DNA of 55,211 bases from Minisyncoccia bacterium (lineage in GTDB: Bacteria; Patescibacteriota; Minisyncoccia; Phycocordibacterales; UBA9973): positions 1-55,211 of the forward strand of contig JBDHUR010000004.1 of assembly GCA_039809265.1 (NCBI GenBank), in the 5' to 3' direction. A program made the translations under genes and the position numbers. Below, piece by piece: positions 27,801 to 36,111 of this stretch. The notes below the pieces were generated by a model. The model had not been told where the DNA came from and made no database searches. It worked only from the letters and a program-made list of their open reading frames with translations. Position 1 is the stretch's first letter; every line of letters starts with the position of its first letter.

Positions 27801-29200
27801 CTACCACATCTGGCACTGGTGTTTCTGGTAGCACAACTGCAAGCGGGACAACAGGCACGACAACCGGAGGAAGCGGAACTGCGTCATCTGCAACAGGAGG
27901 ATCCTCTTCCAGCGGAAACAACGGAAGCAGTAGTGCCAGTGGGAATGTAACTGGCAACTCTAGCTCTGTAAGCGGAGATACTTATGAAGTTGGTATGGGT
28001 GGTGGCACCGGCGATATAGGAGACTCTGACACAAGCGGGGGTACTAGTTCAAGTACAACTGCAGATGCTGGTGTAGATACCAGTGGCAATCTTGGCAGTT
28101 CGTCCGGCGCAGATTCTTCTTTTGTAGATGAATGCCCCGGTAACATTTTCAACCAAGTGGTTTGTAATGTCATGGATAGTTACGATTACACCGCAGGAGT
28201 TTTGGGAGATACCCTACATCAGGTGCGCGGATATATGGCAATGCCAACGGGGGATGTTATATCCAAGTCTATCGGCATAGTTGGTATAATTGCCGGCACT
28301 TTATTTACACTTTTACCTGTACTTTTTGCAAACCCTATATCTTTCTCTGAATTGTTTTTGTTGCCTGCGAGACTTTGGTCTTTACTTTTAGTTGCTTTTG
28401 GTTTGAAAAAGCGTAATAGGCCATGGGGTAGAGTATATGACTCTGTCACCAAACAGCCGCTTGACCCTGTGTATGTTTCCTTGCAAGACAACGAAGGCAA
28501 GGAAGTTGCAAACTGTATTACAGATATAGACGGCAGGTATGGCTTTCTAGTAGAGCCTGGAAAGTATCGCATGATACCACAGAAAACACACTATTCATTT
28601 CCATCGGCAAAGTTGATAGGTAAGACAAGGGACGAGCTGTATCTTGATCTTTATTTTGGATACATTTTTGAAGTGAAAAAGGCTGGAGAAGTTATAACCA
28701 AAAACATACCAATGGACCCGGATACTTTTGACTGGAATGAATTCGCAAAGCAGGAGCGTACGCTGATGCGTTTCTATTCCAAGAGAGACAGAGTTTGGGC
28801 TAGGATTTCAGACGTTGCGTTTTCCATAGGTTTGACTGTGGCTACTGTTGCGCTTGTGACTGCGCCTACAAAATACAACATAATAATCTTTGCGCTTTAT
28901 ATTCTGATGCTGGTAGTCAAAGAAGTTGGCTTCCGACAAAGATCTGCTGGAGTTGTGGTGCGAAAAGGCACAGATATACCAGTACCGTTTGCGATTTTGC
29001 GTATCATATCTGCAAAGACCGGCGTTGAAGTTTTGCATAAAGTTACAAACATCCTTGGAAAGTACTACGCACTTGCTTCAAACGGTACGTACAATGTAAC
29101 AATAGAAACCAAAAATCAAGACGGCTCTTACACCATGGCGATGAAGAAAGAAGGTGTAGTTATAAGCAATGGTATATTGAAAGAAAAATTTGAAGTCTAG
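24896..29200 (+). CDS. Large surface protein: NHL beta-propeller repeats, putative Ig domain, Gly/Ser/Thr linker, TM segments, carboxypeptidase-regulatory-like domains
   Basis: Repeats LALD.VHHRLFVSD..NNRILVF...ADFVLGQ.DF; ISGTPTTAGTYTF; WGRVYDSVTKQPLDP. Confidence 0.8.
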   Translation: MLWDREKRAHKHMLHAIAMAVVFVLGFSMIASSRAAVNYMASGLLGQFGLIPVYGPHTSTYATTDADDGEAGPNDYGFNNPGDLALDVVHHRLFVSDTVNNRILVFNLDTDNHINDYQADFVLGQPDFTTTSWTRASHPENSFGYGSAYHKIPIAYNPANDLLFVADSTDYYKKRILVFDVSSITNGQAASKAIGNFVTSLDDTTFSGWNMSSFLSLSVDPSFGLLYASVGVEDYINYHSAEVQVFDISGGLAGITNGQQPVHYLEADGESANAMEDCSYQMSPDGHNFCPGGLAAVPGHGLFVADWLYNRVLYFDFSAGVGSITDYMDASNVLGAPDLYTPGAGSYGNLNTDIVGLGALQNISYDSKNDTGNLYVSIGSGVLVYHIKGTVVDYMQNLSGDCSDVCSGPNIYPPFYGSDLWYYTGDNYLLAGDAIGVAGSPDGTVFIADTGRNRVTQFESLDSYSNGYSLYPQPTGVLGQTDVSVSYEWDTTTPIYTQSDQYSGAADPNEVGLYQPYDIAVDTVHHRLFVSDHASSSIHVFNLDSYNNLLDNVADVALGQASFSANDHTVNHFQLSSQGLIAYDTVDDRLFVADVGHNRVGVWDTSVLSNGGLSFKNVLGKPDLYSEGEPTSVNASEIDIPSAIAYDSVHKRLFVADSNVNENGHSFVRILVYDLSGGLNWYETKDADYVLGQSSLTSGDYEIPGISDTPTASGFGNVGSLEYDSNNNRLYVGDSTNSRVLVFDVSDIHNGEDASYVIGAPDFTTAGTLIDLNGITLDGTSTTLFISRGFYGVYAYNISDMEVGAQEVGQFASDGGPNQYQTAVVYNTGFDDLNQRLYVSDLGNNRVLYFNLIQINPVTPTTYSAEVGQPFSTTPATTNAQGDVTFGLVSGTGAPPDGITFSSSISGTPTTAGTYTFKIRAQDNIDTNNYIPSAPFEVTVNVAPAPGGGSTGTSTSGSGSTGVVLPPSSTTSGTGVSGSTTASGTTGTTTGGSGTASSATGGSSSSGNNGSSSASGNVTGNSSSVSGDTYEVGMGGGTGDIGDSDTSGGTSSSTTADAGVDTSGNLGSSSGADSSFVDECPGNIFNQVVCNVMDSYDYTAGVLGDTLHQVRGYMAMPTGDVISKSIGIVGIIAGTLFTLLPVLFANPISFSELFLLPARLWSLLLVAFGLKKRNRPWGRVYDSVTKQPLDPVYVSLQDNEGKEVANCITDIDGRYGFLVEPGKYRMIPQKTHYSFPSAKLIGKTRDELYLDLYFGYIFEVKKAGEVITKNIPMDPDTFDWNEFAKQERTLMRFYSKRDRVWARISDVAFSIGLTVATVALVTAPTKYNIIIFALYILMLVVKEVGFRQRSAGVVVRKGTDIPVPFAILRIISAKTGVEVLHKVTNILGKYYALASNGTYNVTIETKNQDGSYTMAMKKEGVVISNGILKEKFEV

Positions 29201-29232
29201 CATTTAAGACACAGCTGTAGTAGTATCGTTGT

Positions 29233-30126
29233 ATGAAGTCCTTGATTCTTGTGCTGACAAAAACAAAAGATTATGAACTAGTGGACTCAGGAGGTGGCGC
29301 AAAACTAGAGCGTTTTGGTAATTTTCTAGTTTCTCGTCCGGATCCGGAAGCCATATGGCACGTGGTGAATGAAAGTGCGTGGAAAGATGCAGATGCTGTT
29401 TATGTAAGGAAAGGGAAAAATGGTTCATGGAAGGCGAAAAATTTGCCGGCAGACTGGAAGTTAGAAATGAATAGGCTGACTTTTGTGCTAAAGCCGACAG
29501 TGTTCAAGCATGTTGGTATTTTCCCAGAACAAAGCAAGCAATGGGAATGGATGGAGGAAGCAATTAAAAATTATGAATTAAAAATTAAGAATGATATTGA
29601 GAATGCTAAGAAAATAAAAGTCTTAAATTTATTTGCTTATACTGGCGGGGCAAGCTTGGTGTGTGCCAGAGCTGGTGCAGAGGTTACACATGTAGATGCC
29701 TCAAAAGTTGCAGTATCTTGGGCAAAGGAGAATGCTGAAATTTCAGGTCTTACTGGTAGTCCGCTCCGATGGATAGTGGACGATGTTCTGTCATTTGTCC
29801 GCAGGGAAGTCAGGCGCGGCAATACTTATGATGCTATAGTTATGGATCCGCCCGCTTTTGGTCGCGGGCCTACAGGGCAAGAGTGGAATATAGAAAAAGA
29901 TTTTTCTATTCTTGTAGATGAATGTCTGAAGCTGCTTTCAGACAAGCCTCTATTTTTCTTGGTGAATGGATATTCTGCTGGTTACTCTGCTGTGGCATAC
30001 GGCAACGTGCTTTTGCCTTTGGTAGAGAAATATGATGGTACTGTTGAGCACGGCGAACTCGTAATAAAAGAAACTTCCGGTGGTCGTGTGTTGCCGGCTG
30101 GGATTTTCGCCAGGTGGAGCAGATAG
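29233..30126 (+). CDS. Class I SAM-dependent methyltransferase (RlmI/RlmK-like)
   Basis: HVGIFPEQ; VLNLFAYTGGAS; DAIVMDPPAFG. Confidence 0.88.
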   Translation: MKSLILVLTKTKDYELVDSGGGAKLERFGNFLVSRPDPEAIWHVVNESAWKDADAVYVRKGKNGSWKAKNLPADWKLEMNRLTFVLKPTVFKHVGIFPEQSKQWEWMEEAIKNYELKIKNDIENAKKIKVLNLFAYTGGASLVCARAGAEVTHVDASKVAVSWAKENAEISGLTGSPLRWIVDDVLSFVRREVRRGNTYDAIVMDPPAFGRGPTGQEWNIEKDFSILVDECLKLLSDKPLFFLVNGYSAGYSAVAYGNVLLPLVEKYDGTVEHGELVIKETSGGRVLPAGIFARWSR

Positions 30127-31239
30127 CTATTTTACTTTTATAATCACAATCTCAGGGTTCGTGCCGAGACGAAGCGGGCTCATGGCTGTGCCAACTCCGC
30201 AAGTTGTTACAGATGCTGTATTTCCCACTTGATTTACGCCGTATGTATACTTCTTGTAAATACTTTTTACAATGAGATTTATAGGGAAGAATTGGCCACA
30301 GTGTGTGTGTCCAGAAACAGCCAGAGACACACCGGCATTTTGCAGCGCCTTTATGTTTTTGGGGTCGTGCATTATTACAATACTTGGCTTATTGGCATTG
30401 TAGCCTGCAGTGCTAAGTCGTGTTGCTGTGGTGTCTGCCGTCTCGTTTTTGAAATCAAGCCCGATGATTTGCGTATTGTTTATGTCCACTTTTCTATCAC
30501 GAAGCATTATGGTGTATTTCTCTATAATGGGGTAAAACTTTTCCGGTTCGCTATTATACGCTTCGTGGTTTCCTGGAGTATAGAAAACGCCAAAAGTAGC
30601 TCGCAGTTCGGAAAGCTGTTCCAAACCTTTTGCATAATTAAACTTTGGTCCATCTATAATGTCTCCAGCAAAAAGCACTATGTCTGGGTTTACAGAGTTT
30701 ATTTTTTTCACCACTTTTTTCATAAAATGCTTGTTGCGGACTATGCCAAGGTGTGTATCAGAAACCAAAACTATATTTTTGTCTCTCCAGTCGGCAGAAA
30801 GTGCTGCGGATTCTACTGTCTGGGTTACTATCCTTATCCTTGTTGCGTTCCAGATGCCATAGGCTGTGGCTGCTAGTGATACAAATACCACAATGCTTGC
30901 AAGCAGTGTCATTGGTAAGTGCACGCCGAAACTTTTTGAGATGAAATATGTTATCCATAGCAGGATGCTGCCAAGGAATAGATAAAGTAATATAGGCAGC
31001 CATATAATGCCGATGTGATAGAAAAATGAAAGGGCCGGGGAATTTATTTTGTTGTAAAGTGTCATGCATAGTATAAGTACAATAGGGGTGGCAGAGAAGA
31101 ACCAGACTAAAGTGCGCGCTGCTGCAGGGCTGCCTACAAGCCCAAAAGCACCAAGCGTGCGAAGCACAAGCAGCGATGAACCTGCTATTATTGCCAAGAA
31201 TGTCAGTAATATAGCCAAGAATCCAAATGAGAGCTTCAT
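30127..31239 (-). CDS. Membrane-anchored metallophosphoesterase (YkuE-like)
   Basis: SDTH; AGDIID; PGNHE; HDP; SGHTHCGQ. Confidence 0.9.
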   Translation of the reverse strand: MKLSFGFLAILLTFLAIIAGSSLLVLRTLGAFGLVGSPAAARTLVWFFSATPIVLILCMTLYNKINSPALSFFYHIGIIWLPILLYLFLGSILLWITYFISKSFGVHLPMTLLASIVVFVSLAATAYGIWNATRIRIVTQTVESAALSADWRDKNIVLVSDTHLGIVRNKHFMKKVVKKINSVNPDIVLFAGDIIDGPKFNYAKGLEQLSELRATFGVFYTPGNHEAYNSEPEKFYPIIEKYTIMLRDRKVDINNTQIIGLDFKNETADTTATRLSTAGYNANKPSIVIMHDPKNIKALQNAGVSLAVSGHTHCGQFFPINLIVKSIYKKYTYGVNQVGNTASVTTCGVGTAMSPLRLGTNPEIVIIKVK

Positions 31240-31339
31240 GTCAGGAAGTATAGCGTATTTGGAGAAATATGGCGATTTCTGCTAAACTAGCTACTAGTGT
31301 ATACTTAATCGTATTATTTATAAGTTATTTATTAAAAAT

Positions 31340-31909
31340 ATGAATTTATTTAAATCAGTTCTTGTGATAATTGTAGTTGCCGTTGTTGGATACTTTGCCT
31401 TTCGTCATGCACCAGAGAGAAGTGCTACGACGAATAATATAGATACAAGTCAGATGAACACATATGATGGTGGTACAAATACCACAAATACCTCATTAAA
31501 TACATCAGATAATACAAATACAAATATGAACACAAATACAGAAAAAAGATTGTTAGAGAATTTCACACCAGTTACAAAAGTGGATTCTTTGCAAAAAATA
31601 GATCTGGTTGTCGGTACAGGCAAAGAAGTAGCAGCTGGAGCAACAGTTTCTGTGCATTACACTGGTGCAGTCGCTGCTACGGGCGAAGTTTTTCAAAGTT
31701 CAAAAGATTTTGGAGACCAGCCAATAACTTTCCCGCTTGATGGGGTGATCAAGGGTTGGACAGATGGAATTCCAGGTATGAAAATCGGCGGTAAACGCAG
31801 ACTTGTAATACCAGCAGAAATGGCTTATGGCTCAAATCCGCCGCCTGGTTCTGGTATCCCCGCTAATGCAGCTCTTGTCTTTGATGTAGAGCTGGTAGAT
31901 GTTCAGTGA
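31340..31909 (+). CDS. FKBP-type peptidyl-prolyl cis-trans isomerase, membrane anchored
   Basis: VHYTG; VIKGWTDGIPGMKIGGKRRLVIPAEMAYG; LVFDVEL; Thr/Asn linker. Confidence 0.92.
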   Translation: MNLFKSVLVIIVVAVVGYFAFRHAPERSATTNNIDTSQMNTYDGGTNTTNTSLNTSDNTNTNMNTNTEKRLLENFTPVTKVDSLQKIDLVVGTGKEVAAGATVSVHYTGAVAATGEVFQSSKDFGDQPITFPLDGVIKGWTDGIPGMKIGGKRRLVIPAEMAYGSNPPPGSGIPANAALVFDVELVDVQ

Positions 31910-31920
31910 AATAGTTTACA

Positions 31921-31954
31921 CAAAAATACCGGCCGTCACGGACCGGTATTTTTG
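31921..31954 (+). terminator. Intrinsic terminator
   Basis: CAAAAATACCGG/CCGGTATTTTTG. Confidence 0.8.
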
Positions 31955-32002
31955 TGCGTTATTTTGGTATAATTTAGATATTAACAATTAGCTTACAAAT
32001 AT

Positions 32003-32782
32003 ATGGAAAATATGTCACATAGAAAGATTTGGGGAGCGGGGGTATTTGTTCTGTGGGCGCTTGGTTTGTTTTTGGTTGCGCAGTTTATAAATACAGTAAA
32101 ATCAAACAAATATATCGGTGCAGGCGTAGCGTCGGCTAATACTATATCTGTATCCGGCAAAGGAGAAGTAAAAGCTGTGCCAGATATTGCAACAGTGTAT
32201 GTGACTATCCGCGAACAGGGTAAGGACCAGAAAGATGCTTCCGGCAAAATGGCATCTAAGGAAAAAGCTGTTCTTTCTGCTATACACAACTTGGGTGTAG
32301 ACGACAAGGATATAAAAACTACAAGCAGCAGTGTTAACCCACAGTATGCAAGAGGGCCAGCTGTAGTGTGTTTGACATATCCTTGCCCAGAACAAAAACA
32401 AGAGATAATAGGCTACGAAGCATATGAAAACTTGGAAGTAAAAGTGCGCAAGACGGAAGACGCAGGCAAAATAACCGCAGCTGTCTCTGCTTCTGGCGCC
32501 GAATTTTCAGGCCCGAATTATGCTTTGGATGATGATGCAAAGTATCAAGATGAAGCTCGCGAGCTCGCTATAAAAGATGCAAAAGAAAAAGCGGAAACTT
32601 TGGCAAAGCAACTCGGAGTAAAAATAGTCCGCATAGCTTCTTTTTCTGAAAACGGAAATTATCCGATGTATTATACAAAAACAGAAGCTGCTATGAGTAC
32701 ACCTATGGGAGATATTCCAGAGATGCCAGCAGGACAAAACACTATAACTTCAAATGTAAATATAACATACGAAATAAGATAA
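32003..32782 (+). CDS. SIMPL (DUF541) domain protein
   Basis: ISVSGKGEVKAVPDIA; ARELAIKDAKEKAETLA; SNVNITYEI. Confidence 0.9.
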   Translation: MENMSHRKIWGAGVFVLWALGLFLVAQFINTVKSNKYIGAGVASANTISVSGKGEVKAVPDIATVYVTIREQGKDQKDASGKMASKEKAVLSAIHNLGVDDKDIKTTSSSVNPQYARGPAVVCLTYPCPEQKQEIIGYEAYENLEVKVRKTEDAGKITAAVSASGAEFSGPNYALDDDAKYQDEARELAIKDAKEKAETLAKQLGVKIVRIASFSENGNYPMYYTKTEAAMSTPMGDIPEMPAGQNTITSNVNITYEIR

Positions 32783-32860
32783 ACTTGCGCTTGGTGTTGA
32801 AAGTTGTATAATAAGTTTCTCTTTCAAAAATCAAATAATCAACTACAAAAAAGTTTAAAA

Positions 32861-33064
32861 ATGATGGACAAATTCAACCAAGAGCTCAACCCTCATTTTG
32901 ATGAGGAGAGCAAAAAAGAGAAGCTGACGGCAAACATGCCGTCAAAACTTTCACCACCTTCTTGCTCGGGCAGTAAAGAGGAGTTAAATAATAAAAAGTC
33001 TAAAGATGTTAATGATATCTTTGACCAAGAATATAAAACTCCTCCACCACCAGGATGTTTCTGA
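32861..33064 (+). CDS. Small disordered hypothetical protein
   Basis: 67 aa from ATG 32861; upstream TATAAT and A-rich leader; downstream terminator. Confidence 0.55.
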   Translation: MMDKFNQELNPHFDEESKKEKLTANMPSKLSPPSCSGSKEELNNKKSKDVNDIFDQEYKTPPPPGCF

Positions 33065-33079
33065 AAGTAGTTTTTGTTT

Positions 33080-33110
33080 AAAAAAGCCTGTACTTGTTTC
33101 AGGCTTTTTT
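33080..33110 (+). terminator. Intrinsic terminator
   Basis: AAAAAAGCCTG/CAGGCTTTTTT. Confidence 0.75.
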
Positions 33111-33114
33111 GTGT

Positions 33115-33143
33115 TTGACTTTGTTGTATAAAAGAAGTAATAT
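33115..33143 (+). promoter_or_regulatory. Sigma70-type promoter for secE-nusG
   Basis: TTGACT-17-TAATAT. Confidence 0.6.
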
Positions 33144-33191
33144 ATAAAAACATTCACCCACGGGGTGTTTTTTAATAGGAAACCAAAACAT

Positions 33192-33377
33192 ATGTCTAAA
33201 CTAACACAATTTATAAGTGAGACTAGGACAGAGATGAAGCGTGTATCTTGGCCAACAAGAAAGCAGACTCTAAACTATACAATCGTTGTAATAGCGATAT
33301 CTCTTGTTGTAGCTCTCTTGCTCGGAGCATTTGATGCATTATTCAAAGAGGGTCTTGCAAAACTATTAGCACTTTAA
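33192..33377 (+). CDS. secE: Preprotein translocase subunit SecE
   Basis: EMKRVSWPT plus single TM; upstream of nusG. Confidence 0.93.
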   Translation: MSKLTQFISETRTEMKRVSWPTRKQTLNYTIVVIAISLVVALLLGAFDALFKEGLAKLLAL

Positions 33378-33404
33378 CTTTTGTGCGCGTACGCGCAACT
33401 TCAC

Positions 33405-33953
33405 ATGGCAAAACAAGAACAACATGGGGAACGCAAATGGTATGCTATCCATACTTATGCCGGATATGAGAACGCTGTTATGAGAAATCTAAAACAACGT
33501 ATAGACTCCCTTGGCATGCATGATAAAATTTTCAACGTCATAGTTCCTACTGAGAAAAAAATAAAAATCAAAGGTGGTAAGCGCACCGAAGTGGAAGAAA
33601 AGACCTTTCCGGGCTATGTGCTTGTAGATATGATAGTGACAGATGACTCTTGGTATGTAGTGCGAAATACTCCGCGTGTTACAGGTTTCGTCGGTGCTGG
33701 TGTTAACCCTGTACCTTTGAACAAGCAGGAAATAGACTTTTTGTTCAGCAAAATGGATGATACAACTGTGGCAAAACACAAGATAGACCTTGAAGTCGGT
33801 GAGTCTATACTCATTGCTGACGGACCATTCAAAGATTTGGAAGGGAAGGTCAGCGAGGTGGATTCTGAGCGTGGAAAAGTCAAAGTCCTTGTCTCCATGT
33901 TTGGAAGAGAAACTCCAGTTGAGCTTGATTTTCTTCAGATAAAGAAGCTATAG
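33405..33953 (+). CDS. nusG: Transcription termination/antitermination factor NusG
   Basis: [11 protein letters not shown]; FPGYVLV; [12 protein letters not shown]; KOW motif; FGRETPVEL. Confidence 0.96.
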   Translation: MAKQEQHGERKWYAIHTYAGYENAVMRNLKQRIDSLGMHDKIFNVIVPTEKKIKIKGGKRTEVEEKTFPGYVLVDMIVTDDSWYVVRNTPRVTGFVGAGVNPVPLNKQEIDFLFSKMDDTTVAKHKIDLEVGESILIADGPFKDLEGKVSEVDSERGKVKVLVSMFGRETPVELDFLQIKKL

Positions 33954-34031
33954 GCGACGCTTTACGCAAGGGATTCTTTGTGCTATATTTCCTTCGTTAC
34001 GCTAAGCTTCAATGTATAATCATTTTATTTT

Positions 34032-34466
34032 ATGGCAAAGAAAATAATCAAAAAAGTAAAAGTGCGTGCTCCAGCTGGTAAGGCTACCCCAGCTCCGCCT
34101 TTGGGGCCTACGCTTGGTCAGGCTGGTATAAACATTGGTGACTTCGTTACCAAGTTCAATGCCGCCTCCGGTCAGCCGCAGGGGTTTAATCCAGGGGAGA
34201 TAGTTGGTGTAAAGATAACTGTTTACGAAGACAGAACTTATGACTTTACAGTTACAACTCCGCCTGTAGCCAATTTGCTTTTCAAAGCTGCTGGTGTTGA
34301 GAAAGGCTCTGGCAAGCCAAATGTAAGCAAAGCTGGGAAAGTAACGAAGGCTCAAGTAGAAGAAATAGCAAAGAGAAAAATGCCGGACTTGAATGCAAAA
34401 GACCTTGCTGGTGCTATAAGGATAGTAGAAGGTTCTGCTCGCGCTGCTGGCATAGAAGTTAAATAA
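34032..34466 (+). CDS. rplK: 50S ribosomal protein L11
   Basis: AGKATPAPPLGP; KMPDLNA. Confidence 0.96.
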   Translation: MAKKIIKKVKVRAPAGKATPAPPLGPTLGQAGINIGDFVTKFNAASGQPQGFNPGEIVGVKITVYEDRTYDFTVTTPPVANLLFKAAGVEKGSGKPNVSKAGKVTKAQVEEIAKRKMPDLNAKDLAGAIRIVEGSARAAGIEVK

Positions 34467-34468
34467 GT

Positions 34469-34567
34469 AAAAGTAAAAGAAACTAAAAAGCAAAATTCTT
34501 GCGTCTCACCCTCTCTGTGGAGGATCCGATGCTACAAGAGTTTTGCTTTTTAGTTTCTTTTACTTTT
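34469..34567. repeat. Long inverted repeat (33-bp arms, one G-T) after rplK
   Basis: 34469-34501 pairs with 34535-34567; inner helices GCGTC/GATGC and CCTC/GAGG. Confidence 0.85.
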
Positions 34568-34591
34568 TAGGGATTATAGTACAATGCCTAT

Positions 34592-35092
34592 ATGAATAAC
34601 GAAAAGCCAGAGCCGTACAAGCGCCCGTCTTGGGATGAATACTTCACGTCTATCGCTGACATGGTTGGCACAAGGGCTACCTGTGATCGCGGAAGGTCTG
34701 GGTGCGTTATCGTTAAGGATAAGAGAATTTTGACCACTGGTTATGTCGGCTCTCCGCCTGGTATAGCGCATTGTGATGATGTGGGACATGAGATGCATAC
34801 CGTGGTTGATATGGATGGTAAGGAAAGCAAGCACTGTATCCGTACTACTCATGCCGAGCAGAATGCTATAGTACAGGCGGCGCGTACAGGTATAGCTCTG
34901 TCAGGCGCTACACTTTACTGCAAGATGACACCATGCTATGTTTGCGCCAAGCTTATAATAACTGCAGGTATCACTAAGGTTGTCGCACAAAAGGACTACC
35001 ATTCTGGCGGCAGGGGTAAAGAAATTTTCAAAGAAGCAATGGTAGAATTTGTATTACTAAATAATGAAACGGAAACTTATTCCAATATGTAA
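34592..35092 (+). CDS. dCMP deaminase (ComEB-like)
   Basis: RPSWDEYF; HAEQNA; PCYVC. Confidence 0.92.
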   Translation: MNNEKPEPYKRPSWDEYFTSIADMVGTRATCDRGRSGCVIVKDKRILTTGYVGSPPGIAHCDDVGHEMHTVVDMDGKESKHCIRTTHAEQNAIVQAARTGIALSGATLYCKMTPCYVCAKLIITAGITKVVAQKDYHSGGRGKEIFKEAMVEFVLLNNETETYSNM

Positions 35093-35096
35093 AAAT

Positions 35097-35429
35097 ATGT
35101 CTATAGATTTGAAAAAGTTACAAGAAGAGGTTATGCGCAACAAGTTAGAGAAGGGTTTTAATACCCAAGACGTATCCGTGGAGTTTTGTCGCGCATACGA
35201 AGAGTTGTCTGAAGCATACAGCAAGTTCTCTAAAAGAGAAGACGGAGTGGCAGAAGAGTTTGCTGATGTTGCCATCTTTCTGCTCGGCATGTGCGAGATA
35301 CTGGGCTATGATTTAGAGAAAGAGCTAGTTAGAAAAATAGAAGTAAATAAAAATCGAAAATATATCAAGAAACAGACGCCGGATGGCAGAGACATCTTTA
35401 TCAGAGAAAAGACAGACATAGACCCATAA
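35097..35429 (+). CDS. MazG-like nucleotide pyrophosphohydrolase
   Basis: EELSEA...EEFADVAIFL; start moved to ATG 35097. Confidence 0.8.
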   Translation: MSIDLKKLQEEVMRNKLEKGFNTQDVSVEFCRAYEELSEAYSKFSKREDGVAEEFADVAIFLLGMCEILGYDLEKELVRKIEVNKNRKYIKKQTPDGRDIFIREKTDIDP

Positions 35430-35440
35430 AGAGTTTCTAC

Positions 35441-35468
35441 AAAAAAGCGCAAGTATTTGCGCTTTTTT
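35441..35468 (+). terminator. Intrinsic terminator
   Basis: AAAAAAGCGCAA/TTGCGCTTTTTT. Confidence 0.8.
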
Positions 35469-35541
35469 ATTTTTTCGTGTAGTATGAAAATCCCTGTGCG
35501 AAAGTTCATTTCAAAATCAAATAATAAAAAACCACTAAATT

Positions 35542-36066
35542 ATGAGTAGAGAAAAAATAAAAGAAATCATGATCGTCGGCGGAGCAAAGATTGCCGACCG
35601 AATTGCTAAAACACTGCTTTCTAAAGAAGTTTTTACCAGCAAGTACAAAATTTATCTTTTCGGAGAAAATGCCGAGACGAAATCATCATTGCTTGAAATT
35701 GCGTTAAATCAAAATGATGAGAAGTATGTGTGCCAAGTAACAGAAGATTTTACTTCTTTGCTTGATGTTGGACACAAGATGGCGGTACTGTATTTTCCTC
35801 AGATAAACTTCACTAAAGAACAGGATATGGTGAGCCACCTTGTACGGCCGAAAGTGCCGCTTGTCTTGTGCAATCACCATCATGCCAGACGTATCCATAC
35901 GGATGAATTCCGCAGGATTTATGAAATACCAGACAGCATCCCTATATTAAATGCCCGTGTGAAGTTTGAGCGAAATGGGTTTGCGTTGCACATGATGCCT
36001 TTTTATGTCAGCAAGTATAAAGACCTCGGAACAAACGAACTTTTTGCATCTATAAATGCAAATTGA
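35542..36066 (+). CDS. Hypothetical protein
   Basis: 174-aa ORF; no recognised motif. Confidence 0.65.
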   Translation: MSREKIKEIMIVGGAKIADRIAKTLLSKEVFTSKYKIYLFGENAETKSSLLEIALNQNDEKYVCQVTEDFTSLLDVGHKMAVLYFPQINFTKEQDMVSHLVRPKVPLVLCNHHHARRIHTDEFRRIYEIPDSIPILNARVKFERNGFALHMMPFYVSKYKDLGTNELFASINAN

Positions 36067-36081
36067 CCCAAAACCAAATGA

Positions 36082-36108
36082 AAGCCCCTCTGTAAACCAG
36101 AGGGGCTT
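36082..36108. terminator. Hairpin between convergent genes (possible bidirectional terminator)
   Basis: AAGCCCCTCTG/CAGAGGGGCTT. Confidence 0.7.
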
Positions 36109-36111
36109 AGC

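Noticed and set aside
27730-28120. Tandem DNA repeat in the Gly/Ser/Thr linker
   Set aside because: Low-complexity at protein level only; no clear periodic DNA unit.
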